NCBI GenBank assembly: GCA_027604505.1 | Contig: JADIIX010000055.1 | Coordinates: forward strand, 1-64,000 | Direction of reading: 5' to 3' | Length of the DNA stretch: 64,000 nucleotides | Source: Gonapodya sp. JEL0774 | Lineage: Eukaryota | Shown here: one piece after another, positions 25,901 through 37,900 of the stretch | Position numbering within the stretch: position 1 is the stretch's first letter | How the letters are laid out: each line of letters begins with the position of its first letter | Notes under the pieces: model-generated | Databases searched by the model: none | Told to the model about the DNA's origin: nothing | Seen by the model: the letters and a program-made list of their open reading frames with translations, nothing else | Program-made: the position numbers and the translations under genes

Positions 25901-28900
25901 GAAGATCGCTTGAAAGTGTTGGAAGCGCAATCACAAGTGGAAATTTCGGAAAGAAGACGGCAAATAAAGCTTGCAAGTACAGATCACCAAGACAACATCC
26001 CATACGAGCAAGAAATGACTGCAAGGGCAGATGATACAATCCTACTTTGGAAGGTCATTAAGCTGGCCATTGAGCAGGACGGCTTGTTGTTTGCACCTGA
26101 TTTTGCCACCAGATCGCCAACGGCTGCCCTTACTCTCGTGAACCTTGTAACTGGGACTACTTTGGACTCCCTAATGGCACGAGGTACATTGTTTGATATG
26201 GTAGAAGCCTCTCTTATGAAGGGCGATCGAAGAGCAGCCTGTGATCAACTAAAAAGCGCAAGGATGTGGGCTCACGCTATTACCCTCGCTGGTCACATCG
26301 ATCCACAGACTTATCGAGATGTTGTTGTAGCAATGGCCGACGAGCAGTTTGGAGAAAAATCAAACCGGCTAGAGAAGGAATCCAATCAGGAAGTTGCTAC
26401 CGATCGCCCCACCCTCCGAGCTCTGTTCCGTTTGTTCGGTGGTGACGGTGGAAATGCAGGTGAGCCTCGCTTTACCAGATAACATGTGTATAAAATCTGC
26501 TGAACTGGATTTTGCTATTTCAGTGGAGGGGTTTTTGTACCCACCTACCGACACACGCCCGGATCTGCCATCATCGCACATCAACTGTTGGCGATCAATA
26601 GTCGCTTTGATTCTTGCGAACCGTATGCCTGGTGACTCCGATGCGCTGACCGCACTCGGTGATCAATTGAAGGTGTACGGGAGGCAGAGTGCTGCCCAAA
26701 TATGGTGAGAATGATATAGCGGACGAGATTAAAGCGGGATTTCGTGATCAAGCAATTCGCAATTCGCAGCTATCTGCTCTCTCCGACGACTTCCCTTCTA
26801 TCTGGAATCGACTCACCAGGTCACCGCGTTGTACTCGCAGGGGTCGATCACACGGATTTGCGGACTCGGAGATTTTGGGAAGCACCCAGTACCTTACATC
26901 TGTCTGAGCTTGTCGAATTGGCCTACACTCTACACAACAATTGCGGTCTGGCTATCGGCGCCATACCACATCTCCAGGCATACAAAGTCGCTCACGCGTG
27001 GCGTCTTGCAGATCTTGGCCAGATGGAGTTTTCCAAACAGTACTGTGAGGCCATCGAAGAGGTTATCGGAGCATACACGAAACCCTCTCCATACTTTCAC
27101 AATCGGTTGATTGAACCTTTGCGCACGTTGCACGAACGTTTGTCTTCCTCTGGTGCAGTTTCCAGTGCTGAATCCAAAGAGGGCACTTCTTGGCTGGGTC
27201 GGATATCGAAGTTCGATGGATGGAAGTCTGGCCTGAACAAGTTCCTGAACAGTGCAGTGGGCGTTGAGGGAGAGCCACCTAAGCAAATGGTGTCAAATGG
27301 TTTAGGAACCTCACTTCCTCAAACCTCGCAGTCGGCGCAGGTGCACAGCATGGCGGATTCAACTGCTGAAATAGGTTCGCAGGAGACTTACAATGCGTAC
27401 AGCACATACGGAGGCGGCTATCAGCCACAACCAGCTCACAACGGAACAGTGACCGCATCGATGGTAGTTGGAAACTCACACCACTATGGACAGTATCAAG
27501 CGCCGGTAACTGAGTACTCTGCTCCATCTTTCGCAGCGTACGGGGTCCCAGGGTATGTTGAATCATATGAGCAAACGCCACAAAACTTTCAGCCAAGTGA
27601 ACAGTATCAGAGCCCGGTTGCCGATTACAACTCGGTACCGAGCTCAACGTTCACCGCCGTTGCAACGTCGAACTCCTTCACGCCAGTTGATTCATCTGGG
27701 AGGGAGTATTCGGGGATTTACCACCCGAACTCGGACAATCTGTACACCCAAAGTATGCCCCAATCCAACGTTGTGAGCGAACCTCAATGGCACCAGCAGC
27801 AGCTCACTACAAACTCGCCGAACTTTGCAGAAACTGTCGTACTAAACAATCAATCGCAAGTAGAGCCTACTCATGGCGGCGGCTATTCGGACCTCAGAAC
27901 ATTTAGTTCCTATGCTGATCACAGGAACAATGGTTTTGCCCAGTCTTACTCCAGCAACGGCTATCCTCCCTATGGGCAGCAAGAGAGCACTCAAGAAAAC
28001 AGTATTGCACCATCTTATGATATGAACAATGGGTATCTACGTCAAGAGAAGTCTGACGCAACATCGCCCACCGTCATGAACCATGCCGCTGTCGCAAGTG
28101 GGGAGGCTTCCACGCGCGATTCGCAATATCAAACTGCCTCTGCTTATTCAACAGGATCCTCACCGGGAGTTGAACCAAAGTCTGATGTCTCAATCATGTC
28201 GAATGGAGGAGGAGAAACGCAATGTCCTGATACAACTTCAACTGCACCAGGACCTCCAAGCGCTCAACAAATTGAGAGGCCCGCAACGACAGAGCCTACT
28301 GCTATGAAGTTCTCTGCGTCGACTCCAGCAACACCATCTGTGAACCGACGAGCAGAGACTATGGATGACGATGACTTGGGCTTCGGGAATAACTCCTTCA
28401 AGAAGAAGAAGGAGGAAAAATCGACCAGCGGATCTGAAATCCAGAAGGAGAAGGAGCCAGGTGAACACTGCAATCGTCGCCTGCGTCATTGAACTTCGTG
28501 TTTATTGTAACCTCCTTGATCTCGCAGAAAAAACGCCCACCACTCCTGCAAAGGGCGGCTGGCTTCAATATTTTCTTCGTGGTAGCAGTGCGAAATCATC
28601 TCCTGCTCCAGTTCGAGCAGATTTAGGGGAGACAAGATCCTTGGAATGGGACGAGGACCTCAAGCGATGGGTGGATAAAAGAAACAAGAATTCTGTCAAG
28701 CAGTCCAAACCCGAAGATATTGGCCCACCACCGAAAGCCACTCCTCCATCTCAACCCCCCTCTGCACCTCCATCAGCACCACCGTCGAGTCCTTCAACGC
28801 GGCCCCCAACGAGGACGGATGAGAGAGGTACAGATGGTGTGATTGCCCCGTCGGGTCCGCCATCAGCTCCTCCGAGTGCTTTCGGTACGCCTGCTGGTGG

Positions 28901-29267
28901 ACGGAGAGCGGGCGGTAAGCGTCGGGGTGGCCCTAAATATGTTGACGGCCTTGCGGGGTCCATATCGTCGATTCCATCTACGAGCACACCAAACTTCCTT
29001 CCTATTCCGACCGTCAACACCTTCATCGGGGATTCAACTGGAGATGGCCCTGTCACTACTACGGTGCAGCCTAGAATTATGAAACCTCAGGGTAATCCTC
29101 GCGACAGCACTTACTCGACCTTCGATTGGTCGTACTATGACAGGTCAGGAACAAATCCTGTGGAGGCAGAACGGACACAGGGGGACCAGCCAATGGAACA
29201 TTCTCAAAGTGCCACTTCATCCAGTACGGAAACTGAAGTGGTGCAAACCAATATACCGGACTTTTAA
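19908..29267 (+). CDS. SEC16: COPII ER-exit-site scaffold Sec16, multi-exon, very long disordered N-terminus
   Basis: QGFGGKLVV, LLWKVIKLAIEQDG, MWAHAITLA, WRSIVALILANR, ALGDQL...AAQICYL, PHLQAYKVAHAWRLADLG...QYCEAI, PVRADLGE..LEWDEDLKRWV; joining of the 5' exons (19908-23300) to the core is inferred. Confidence 0.88.
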
Positions 29268-29468
29268 TCAAACAACGGTGAACATTACTTACTTTAGCAT
29301 GATGTTTTGCATGGACGTACGCGAGATAAAAAGGAATGCAATGATAATATATATAAACCGTTTTGCTCCACCCTTGGTGCCCTGGGGTCTGCTTTCTTTG
29401 GCTGGCGGGGCAGCCTGCCGAAACCTTGTCGGAAGCAAGGAAGTTCGCCGGACCAACTCGGTATCAAA

Positions 29469-30253
29469 ATGACCAAGCGCATTTCGGTGGGCGATAAGAT
29501 CCCAGATGTGACCCTAATGTACAATGCTGAGCCAGAAAGAGAGGGCATTTGCTCTTCTCCCAAAGCCATCAAAACATCAGATCGTGAGTTGCCTGAGAAC
29601 TTGTGATGCACACGGACAAGATCTAACGGCATGTTATTTCTGCCGAATGAAAGTCTTCAAAGGCAAAAAGGTGGTTCTGTTTGGTGTTCCGGGAGCTTTC
29701 ACGCCTCTTTGTGAGTATAAAGGAAGAGAATTGAGAAGCGTCAAATACTGATTCAACATCGCAGGTCACAACACGCACCTACCCTCATATCTAAGTGAAT
29801 TCGATAAACTTAAAATGAAGGGTGTGGACAAGATCGCTTGCATTTCCACGGCGGATGTCTACGTTCAGGACGCGTGGGGCAAAGCAGAGCGGGTTGGGGA
29901 CAAGATATTGATGCTCTCTGATGGAAATGGGGAATTTGTCACAAAGGCAGGATTGGTGAGTTTTGACTGTGTAGTTGAGAGTGCAGTGAGCTTATTACGA
30001 CATTTATGTCAATTTGTATCATATTTATTTTCTTTCAGGCCATGGACATGACCAAGTTCCGATTTGGTCCAATCCGGTCCCAACGGTTTGCATTGATAGC
30101 AGTAGACGGTGTGGTAACGCACGTCGCTGTTGATGGACCGAAGTATGGGGAAACAGAGTGAGGCCTCGAAAGCTATCTTCGTTTTGTATATCATTGCATG
30201 ACACTGCGTTCCTTGTTTTTGACAGTGCTAAGGCTATTACCGCACGGTTGTGA
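29469..30253 (+). CDS. Prx5/Ahp1-type peroxiredoxin (Redoxin) with C-terminal PTS1 (-ARL)
   Basis: ISVGDKIPD, FKGKKVVLFGVPGAFTPLC-HNTHLPSY (peroxidatic Cys codon split by an intron), QDAWG, MLSDGNGEF, RSQRFALI, ends AKAITARL*. Confidence 0.93.
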
Positions 30254-30429
30254 GTCAAAGAATGTAATTTGTAGTTACATGTAAACCGATATTTTGATGA
30301 GGAGCCAAGGGGTGCTGGCTGACCACCCCCCCCATCACACCAGCGGGCAGGAACTTTCTTCACTGAAGCTCAACTTTCCGATCGCGAAGTACCTTTTTTA
30401 ATAGGGCACGCAGTTAATCCCCGCGTATC

Positions 30430-31108
30430 ATGTCCTCGAGTGTCGGAATGCGTCAATCCTCACAGCAGCCCCGACCTCTCATGGCGCCTGCATATCCCGA
30501 GAGTATACCGGACGGAGAGCGGGAGCAAAGGCGCGGGATGGTAGGTTGGTAGAAGACTGCGAAAATATGGGAATGGACTGATTCGGTACACTGCCACTTC
30601 ATTCTGCGGGTGTTGGCGTCCAGCTCCAATCGAACTCAGACTCAGATCCCAATCTTGAAGCGTCGCGATGCCCCAAGCCACAAAGTGTTTGGGGTTGGAT
30701 TGTATCCGTACCAACCACTATCTTAGCTGGTGAGAGTAATTTACTTCTTGTCGGTACTGAAAAATTTCTGAACCTGTCGGGCGATCGTTTTCCAAAAACA
30801 CCGGGAACGATACATCCCACCTTCTTACTTGTTTTCTCGAATCGTTAGGCATAGACTTCGTCGGAGAAAAAATTGCATGGTTTTTGGGTATCAGTCAGCC
30901 GATGTACAGGGAGTACATCGATGAATATGAAGAACACAAAGAGGAGATTGAGGAGGATAAACGTCACGAGGAAAACACATTAAAGTGGGTGAATTTTCAA
31001 GCTGTGTATGTTGACAAGGTTGTCCACAAACGCATGTTTCCTTGACCCAGCGCAAGAGAACTTCAAAGCATCATGACAACGTCCCATTCCCCAGACGTTT
31101 ACGTTTGA
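30430..31108 (+). CDS. FAM177-like small protein (4 short exons; not in ORF track)
   Basis: Manually spliced: ...WGWIVSVPTTILA-GIDFVGEKIAWFLGISQPMYREYIDEYEEHKEEIEE; resembles the FAM177 core D(F/Y)xGEK(I/L)AxxxGI..PKY...IDEY plus acidic coiled coil. Confidence 0.72.
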
Positions 31109-31441
31109 GATATCCTTCTCTATTTCCAATCGTAAAATAGATGCAAAAAGTGCTTGCAATATCTGATATATATATGTACATTCCTTGCATTTCAAGCCTC
31201 CCAGTCCTTTCTATGATACATCAATATCAAATTCTCGATTTCCTTCAATGTGAAATACAAAAACCATCACGCAGCGAGATCACTGACAACCGAGGAGGTG
31301 ACGCTATGCTCGGTCGCAATGTTTACTTGCATTTCGAAACGCCAGTTGCTCAGTGTCCACCTTCATCGGGTGGACCGAGCACTTACTTGCCAAAGCTTCC
31401 CATAACGTCCAACGGATCAGAACCCAAAAATCGTATATCAA

Positions 31442-33137
31442 ATGCAAATCCCCTCGTCCTCAGGCCTCTTCGATGAGCTCGTCGATACCTCTCTCTTCAG
31501 CCCAGACATCACTCAAACGCCTGCTCGGCGTCCATTCATTTTGTCCAGCCCTCTGCCGCCTTTCCGAAGCATGGTACCCAGCGTGGATGACAATCTCGGT
31601 TCGGATCTCTTGGCAGACACGAGTTTCCACATAGAACTTTCCTATGAACGCACGGAAATCAACCCTCTCAGCATCCTCGCGTCCGTTGCAACTTCCCATT
31701 CCTCGCCGCCTCGTGATTCCCCCCATCCATCCTCAATACACAGCGGTCATGACTTTCTGGAAGCGGATTTGAGTGAAAGCGATGATGTCCTCATTGGTAG
31801 CCCAGCAATCGGTGCTCGTTCATGCGAATCATCCCCAATGGGGAAGACAAGCGGCATGACGGCAACCTCGCAACTAGTCCCTGGTCCAGCAGGAGACAAA
31901 CGGATGGCAACAAGAGCTCTTGCCCCCATGAAAGGCTCTCAACTGAAACGGGTTTCGGCTGTCATTGTCTCGGAAGCACCCAGAATCCCATCACCACCTT
32001 CCAGACAAAGACTCAGACTCCTCGATGTCAACGCATCCACCCATATTAATCCTAACGCCATCGGTTTTGATAATAACAATCCTCAATCTCGGGTTTTGAT
32101 GAGTATAATTGGCATGGCTCTCATTTCTCAACCTGAGGAGAAAGCTACACTTTCAACAATGCAGACATGGATTGAAGAGAATCATCCAAAATTCGTTTCT
32201 GAAAACCCGAAATGGAAGGTGAGAGTGAAGATTGCCGTAATTAAGCGAAAGGACAGCAGCTGAATGGATTACTCTTCTCAATTCACTAAAGGACCGACTA
32301 CGACACAATCTTACCACATATCAATGTTTCAAAAAAGTACTAGATTCACCACGAGCGAAGAACGCCAAAAATAAGGGCAACTTTTGGTAGGTTGGGGGAA
32401 CAGTTATGCAAAGAATCCAGACATTAAGGCGCTTTTCTGATTCTGTCACAAGGGGCATCGAACCTCGCTTTCGTCAGTGCTTCGTGCGGGATACCAAAAG
32501 CGGACAGATCGTTTTTCAGAAAGACTATAAGCCTCCCGAAGAGAATCTTTTGACGGCACGCAAACCCTCCACCAACCGCGGTAAACGGAGGAACTCCAAA
32601 CGTCCAGTGCAGAGTGGCGAAGAGGAGCATGAGCCGGACAAGGAAAATGCCGCGCGAGAAAAACCGGTGCACGAGTTGACCAAGAGCTCTGGGAGGAAAG
32701 TTCTTGGATCGAAAACGGGGAATGTGGTGATCTGGGATTCGGCTAGTGGTGGCATGCCTCCAGTCACATGCAGCACGCCTACTGCGGCCAAATCTCGCTC
32801 AACGAAGCGCAGTGCCAGTAGGGAAGTATCTTTGGGTGACAGGAAGCGAGCGAAGCCGGGTCCTAAAGCAGATGCAGGAAACCGTCAGGACGACAACGTG
32901 TTGAACTCTCTTATTTTGAATGGTGTTATCATGCTCGGTCGACTTCCCCAGAGCTACTCGAGTGTACCAGTCCCGACATCAGGGTCATTTACCGGAGGGG
33001 AGTCATCGAATGGGGTGGAAACCTCCGCTCAAACGAACATTGTCCCAGAGATCAGTATATCTGACTTATTGAAAGCGGCGAAGGGACTCATCACGGCAGT
33101 ACCAGATCAAAACTGCGCGAGTAAAAAGCGGCGATAG
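31442..33137 (+). CDS. Forkhead-domain transcription factor (divergent), 3 exons
   Basis: IIGMALISQPEEKATLSTMQTWIEENHPKF...WK|DRLRHNLTTYQCFKKV...KGNFW winged-helix pattern across two introns; basic NLS-like patches. Confidence 0.85.
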
Positions 33138-33284
33138 AAAGATCGATTTATAGCATTATTTTGCGATTGTATTTAATGTCGTTTGAACAGTATCATGATT
33201 TTATATTATTTGTTGGTTCTTGATAAGCTCTCCTTCGCAAAAACAACTCGTGAAGCCAGTGACGTCTGTTGTGCCAACACGTCT

Positions 33285-34902
33285 TCATTGCCAACGCTTA
33301 CTCCTCCACCACATGATAGCTGGAAGACTCCAGTCCTTCCTATAAAGACGCCCGTCAAACAAATTGAAATCGACTTCTTCTAATCTGTTTAGAAAGCGTT
33401 CCAATGGTACCAAGGAGAGGAAAGCAGGAAGGGACTGTGTCGGTGCTGTAGGGACCAGTTCCCGAGCATGTCGCAAATGCGCGTGGGCGAGTGCAGCGAT
33501 CTCCAGAACTGCATCGGCGAGAGCGGGAGATGGGCCTTCTCTAAACACCGCTTCCTGGGAGACACCATGCTGGTGTCGTGCATGGTGCGTAAGATTCATA
33601 CTCGAGAGTGCAATGTTCAGAACACCTACCTTCGCCATGACTTCAGCGGGCAGGTACCACCTTCGGTCTCTCGCCTGCCATGCAGCCCCTCTTAAAACTG
33701 TCGCGATACCAAGAGCCTTGCCAAGGTGCGACGCAGCGTGATCTGCTTGAAGAGAGATGACCCCGAGGGTCTGTAGATGTAGGTATAGCAAAGACGAGGC
33801 CGTATGTTCTGCATATAGTTCAAGAGACGCCATTGTTGGGTATTGTGCGACAGAGAGGTTGGCAGTCTAAAGAGTTCGGGTGAGTGAGTCAAGGGTGCGG
33901 AACCAAATAAACCTTCTTCAATGCTTACTCGTTCCTTAATAAGTCGAAAAAAAAACACCTTCGAGAGCGGCGTTCTTTGTATTGCTTGGTAAAGCGCAAC
34001 AAGAGTCGGTGCGTTCCCTGGGTTGCCCTGAATATACCGGCCGAATCAGATATGCAGAACTCACAGTCGATTAATCTGCTTCCCAGACTCTCCAACAAGC
34101 TCCAGTAGCTTGCCAAAATATACAAACTCCGTGCAACAACTCACCTTGAAGCACTCCTCAACAGAGTCCCTCCACCACTGCATTTTTACGGTGCCTAAGG
34201 CGTCGTTCGAAACACTCTCACGAATCTTAGCAAGCTCGATGTTCAAAGCACGGATAGCCCAGTAAGTTCTTCTTGCAGCTGGTGATGGTTGGAGGAGAGA
34301 AACGAGGTAGTGTTCATAGTCCGTGTGGCTGACGTGGACATGGATCGAAGTCAGCTGAAAGGAACAAAGGTAATCCCCACTAGTTCAAAAACACACCGAA
34401 CGAGGTTCGCACAATAGGTGAAAGGATCGACTGAGGATATGGGTGCATGTGCACCTGCCGGAATGGGCTCGACTGGTTGAGATGAAGGGGTGGAGAGTCT
34501 CGTCGAGCTCAACGCCGCGCTATCCTCTCCGTGTCCGAAATCACAGCTCCCGTGCATTGAAAATGATGATTTGAGAATTGGCGAAGGTGGGGGCGGTGTG
34601 GAAGGAACATTTGAGACCAACTTCTTCTGCGTGAGCTTCGAGGCATTGCTGCTCCGAAGAGAGCCGGGTGCCGGAGGAGAGTACGATTGCGCACTTTTGC
34701 GCACTAGATGCTGAATGCCATCTTCAGATCGTTCTTCACTGGAGTTCTGCGAAGGTTTTGGAGCAGCTGCATATGACGAGGTTACTCTTGATGTAAAATA
34801 TCGTGAAGAAGGAGAACGAAAACCGGATGCAAGACCCCGCTGATGGACTGTTTCTAAAGTCTGAGCAACAGCGCAGGAAACACTGATTACTTTTCGGTGC
34901 AT
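33285..34902 (-). CDS. NDUFAF6: NADH dehydrogenase complex I assembly factor 6 (squalene/phytoene synthase fold)
   Basis: Mitochondrial-type leader; YCANLVR..DYEHYL, AIRALNIELAKIRESVS..GTVKMQWWRD, LELYAEHTASSLLYL, HAASHLGKALGI, YLPAEVMAKHGVSQE, LEEVDFNLFD. Confidence 0.9.
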
Positions 34903-34981
34903 TTGCTTTCTGGTACGTACACAACGAATATATCAACGATATGAAATTATCAAGAATGGGGTCACAGTCCACTCATAAATT

Positions 34982-37900
34982 TTATAAACTGTCGACATAG
35001 AACTGCCGAGGGGAACTGACTCTCCTGTGGCGAGCGCCCCGAAGATGAGATCGAGATGTGTCGGACAAACCGTCAGGCTCCAGAGGGTATGAAATTGGTT
35101 GCCAAGCACTCATCGCCGACGCAGAACCAGACGGAAGAGGCACATTAGATTCACTCCTTGTATCGGATGTCCGGGGTGGCGATTGTTTTCGCCGCACTGG
35201 GTATTGATGGGATTGATGGGGCCTCCTCACATTAGGCCCTACATCCACCCAAAAGGATTTCGCAGTTGATGAGGAGTCCCGCATTGCACCAATTTGCACA
35301 TTGCTGGTCAAAGATCCGTGCCCTTTAGGAAGGTTCAGTTTGCCGTTGAACTGTGTCGCACAGGGAGCGCGTTCTGATGAAAATTGAGGCGACTCCCCAG
35401 ATGAGTTTCTGGAAGTGGCGTCCGACAGGTCATTTTTCAAATGTGAACGTAAATCTCGTCCAGAATCCAATCGCGAAGGCTTCGACGCGGACTTCACGTT
35501 GTCCTTCTTAGATGTACGAGACGAAGGGAGAGATTGTTGAGGGGGCCGTATTGGGGGCAGGCCCACTTGTAACGACATATGATGATGGTCCTTCCCCTTC
35601 TCTCCTTGCGATCGCTCGAATGGCCCACGGCTCGATGCCGCACTTCCTGCCGCCGATCTCACGACGTCTCCAACAAACTCGGCATCGTAGCCTCCTGGTC
35701 CGATCGCCTTTCGAAGACCATTCAAAAAATCGGATTCTTGCGATCTACTCATCGCGGTTCCGCTCCTCGACGGGGTATTTTCCTCGCGTTTTGCGACGCG
35801 TTTCTCTGCTCGTTCCCTCAATTTAGCGACCCGGCGTTCGGAGTCCTTCTTCTCCCGTTCGGTGACAGGCACGCCATCGAGTATGGAAAGGGTGTAACCA
35901 GTGCCTGCGATTATGGTAGACCGGTAAGCAAGACGTCGCACGTAATCTACATCAGACAGGGTCCTTTTGAAAGATTGGTCAACTGAGATCCACTTTTCGC
36001 GATCCGAGATGGATGAGGAAAGTACGGGGACAGGGGCGTAAAAGCTTCGAGTGATGGGGTTGTATCTGCACAGAAGACATGTTGGCTCCATGTACCTTTA
36101 TGTGTCATACGGCCTGACATACCGTAGATCCAGCTCCTCCAAACCCCTCAAATTCCTTAGCGACTTTATCGTCTCCCCAAAGTCCGTGACCTCATTGTCG
36201 AACACCACGAGCCTCTTGAGTCTGCTTAGATACTTCACCGAGGATAATCCCACGATTTTGTTGTGTGCGAGGTTGAGTGTTAACAGATTTGGCGTACCCT
36301 TCCCAAACTGCTTTGTTAGGGAGCCCCGCAGGCTGCACGAGGAGACGTCCAAGTGTTCCAACTTGGAAAAGTCAGCGAGGAGTTCCAGCGAGCCGAAGAC
36401 GTTGCCTAAGACAAACCGTTTCACAACAAAACACCTCACTCAAAGAATGCCTTCTTTACTACGAACTTGCCAAATCCAACCTCTGTACACTTCTCAAAAG
36501 TCGCACCTCTACTCCCGCCAAGTTTGCGCTCTCCTGCTCCGCGAGCTCAACCACCTCTAGTTCGGCGCATCGCTCGAGTCCTGACAGCTCCTTCAAACGA
36601 TTACCGTCGAGACGGAGAACGCGCAATCCAGGAACGGATGCAACAGAGACCTGCACAAGTCGGTTTCGGGCCAGAGATAGGACACGGAGGGAGGGAAGGA
36701 GTGGGGCGTTAAAAGAAGTGAAGCGATTTTTGTCTTTAAAAACCATTGCGACGGTGAGTATCCCTATCCAATGTGGATCACAACTCTTGCAACCAGCATG
36801 CAACGCCATCTCACCTAGGACGACCTCTCTGAGTCCAAGCATCCCCTCCCATCCCGATATCTCTTCGAGTTGATTTTCCGCCAAGTCCAGCACCTCTAGT
36901 GCCGCCACGCGGGTGCTCCCAAAGTCCACTACGCGCACTTGGTTACTCCGAAGAGAGCATCGTACGAGCGAAGTCATGCGACGAAGGGCTGAAATGTCAT
37001 GGAGGTGGTTTCGGTCGGCAATGAGGGTTCGGAGGTGGCGAAGATGGGTGAGGGCTATTTGGTTGTAACAGCTTGAGTGGAATGAACTCCAATACAGAAT
37101 TTGTTCGTGTACACACCTTCCAAGTCACTTAGCTCATTCCCTGACACATCCACCCATTGTAGATCCATCAAGTGTGTGAAGCTCGTCAGGCTACTCAATC
37201 TGCATGTAAACTGCTATGAGTCCAGAGTGTAAAGCAATGCATTTAAGTTGTTCCCAACCCACCTGTTCCCAACGCAACTCAGGTCCATTACCCCTCTGGG
37301 CACACCCCTCAGATATGAGAGCTTATTTCCATCTAATCTGATATTCCTCACTCCTTCCCCTACTGCAGCCTCCATCCCTGCGACCGTTTCCAATCCTCGC
37401 CCGCTCAAATCCAGCCACCCATTGCACTCTTCACTACCACTTCCCCCGTCCAAAAAATCACCACACTCGCGGGCGATAGCGGTCCAGTTTGGTTCCGGTC
37501 GTGTCACGGCTGCAGCTGGCGCACCTTTGTTGTTTGGTTCAACTAATCTCAATGGCTCAGATTGTCTGCGCCGCCGCAGGCGCAATGTTGCACTTCGATT
37601 GCACACCACGTCCGCCAGCACAGCGTCGTCCGGGATCGTTGGCTGGTCAGCAAGGATTGCGTCATCTGTGACGGAGTCACTGTGATCATTGGAAGTTGGT
37701 GAAGGAGGTAGATACGGATGTGCTCCCTCGGTGGAGGTGGAAGTGGGGGAATGGGCGGGGATTACGGACGGAGACGGACTTCCTGGTCGATAACCTGAAG
37801 GATTATGCATAGACGCGCTGAGGGATACATCTACGAAATCCGAAACCATCAAAAGTCCGCCGAGACAAGCTCATTGTTTTCACAGACTCCTGAAACGCAC

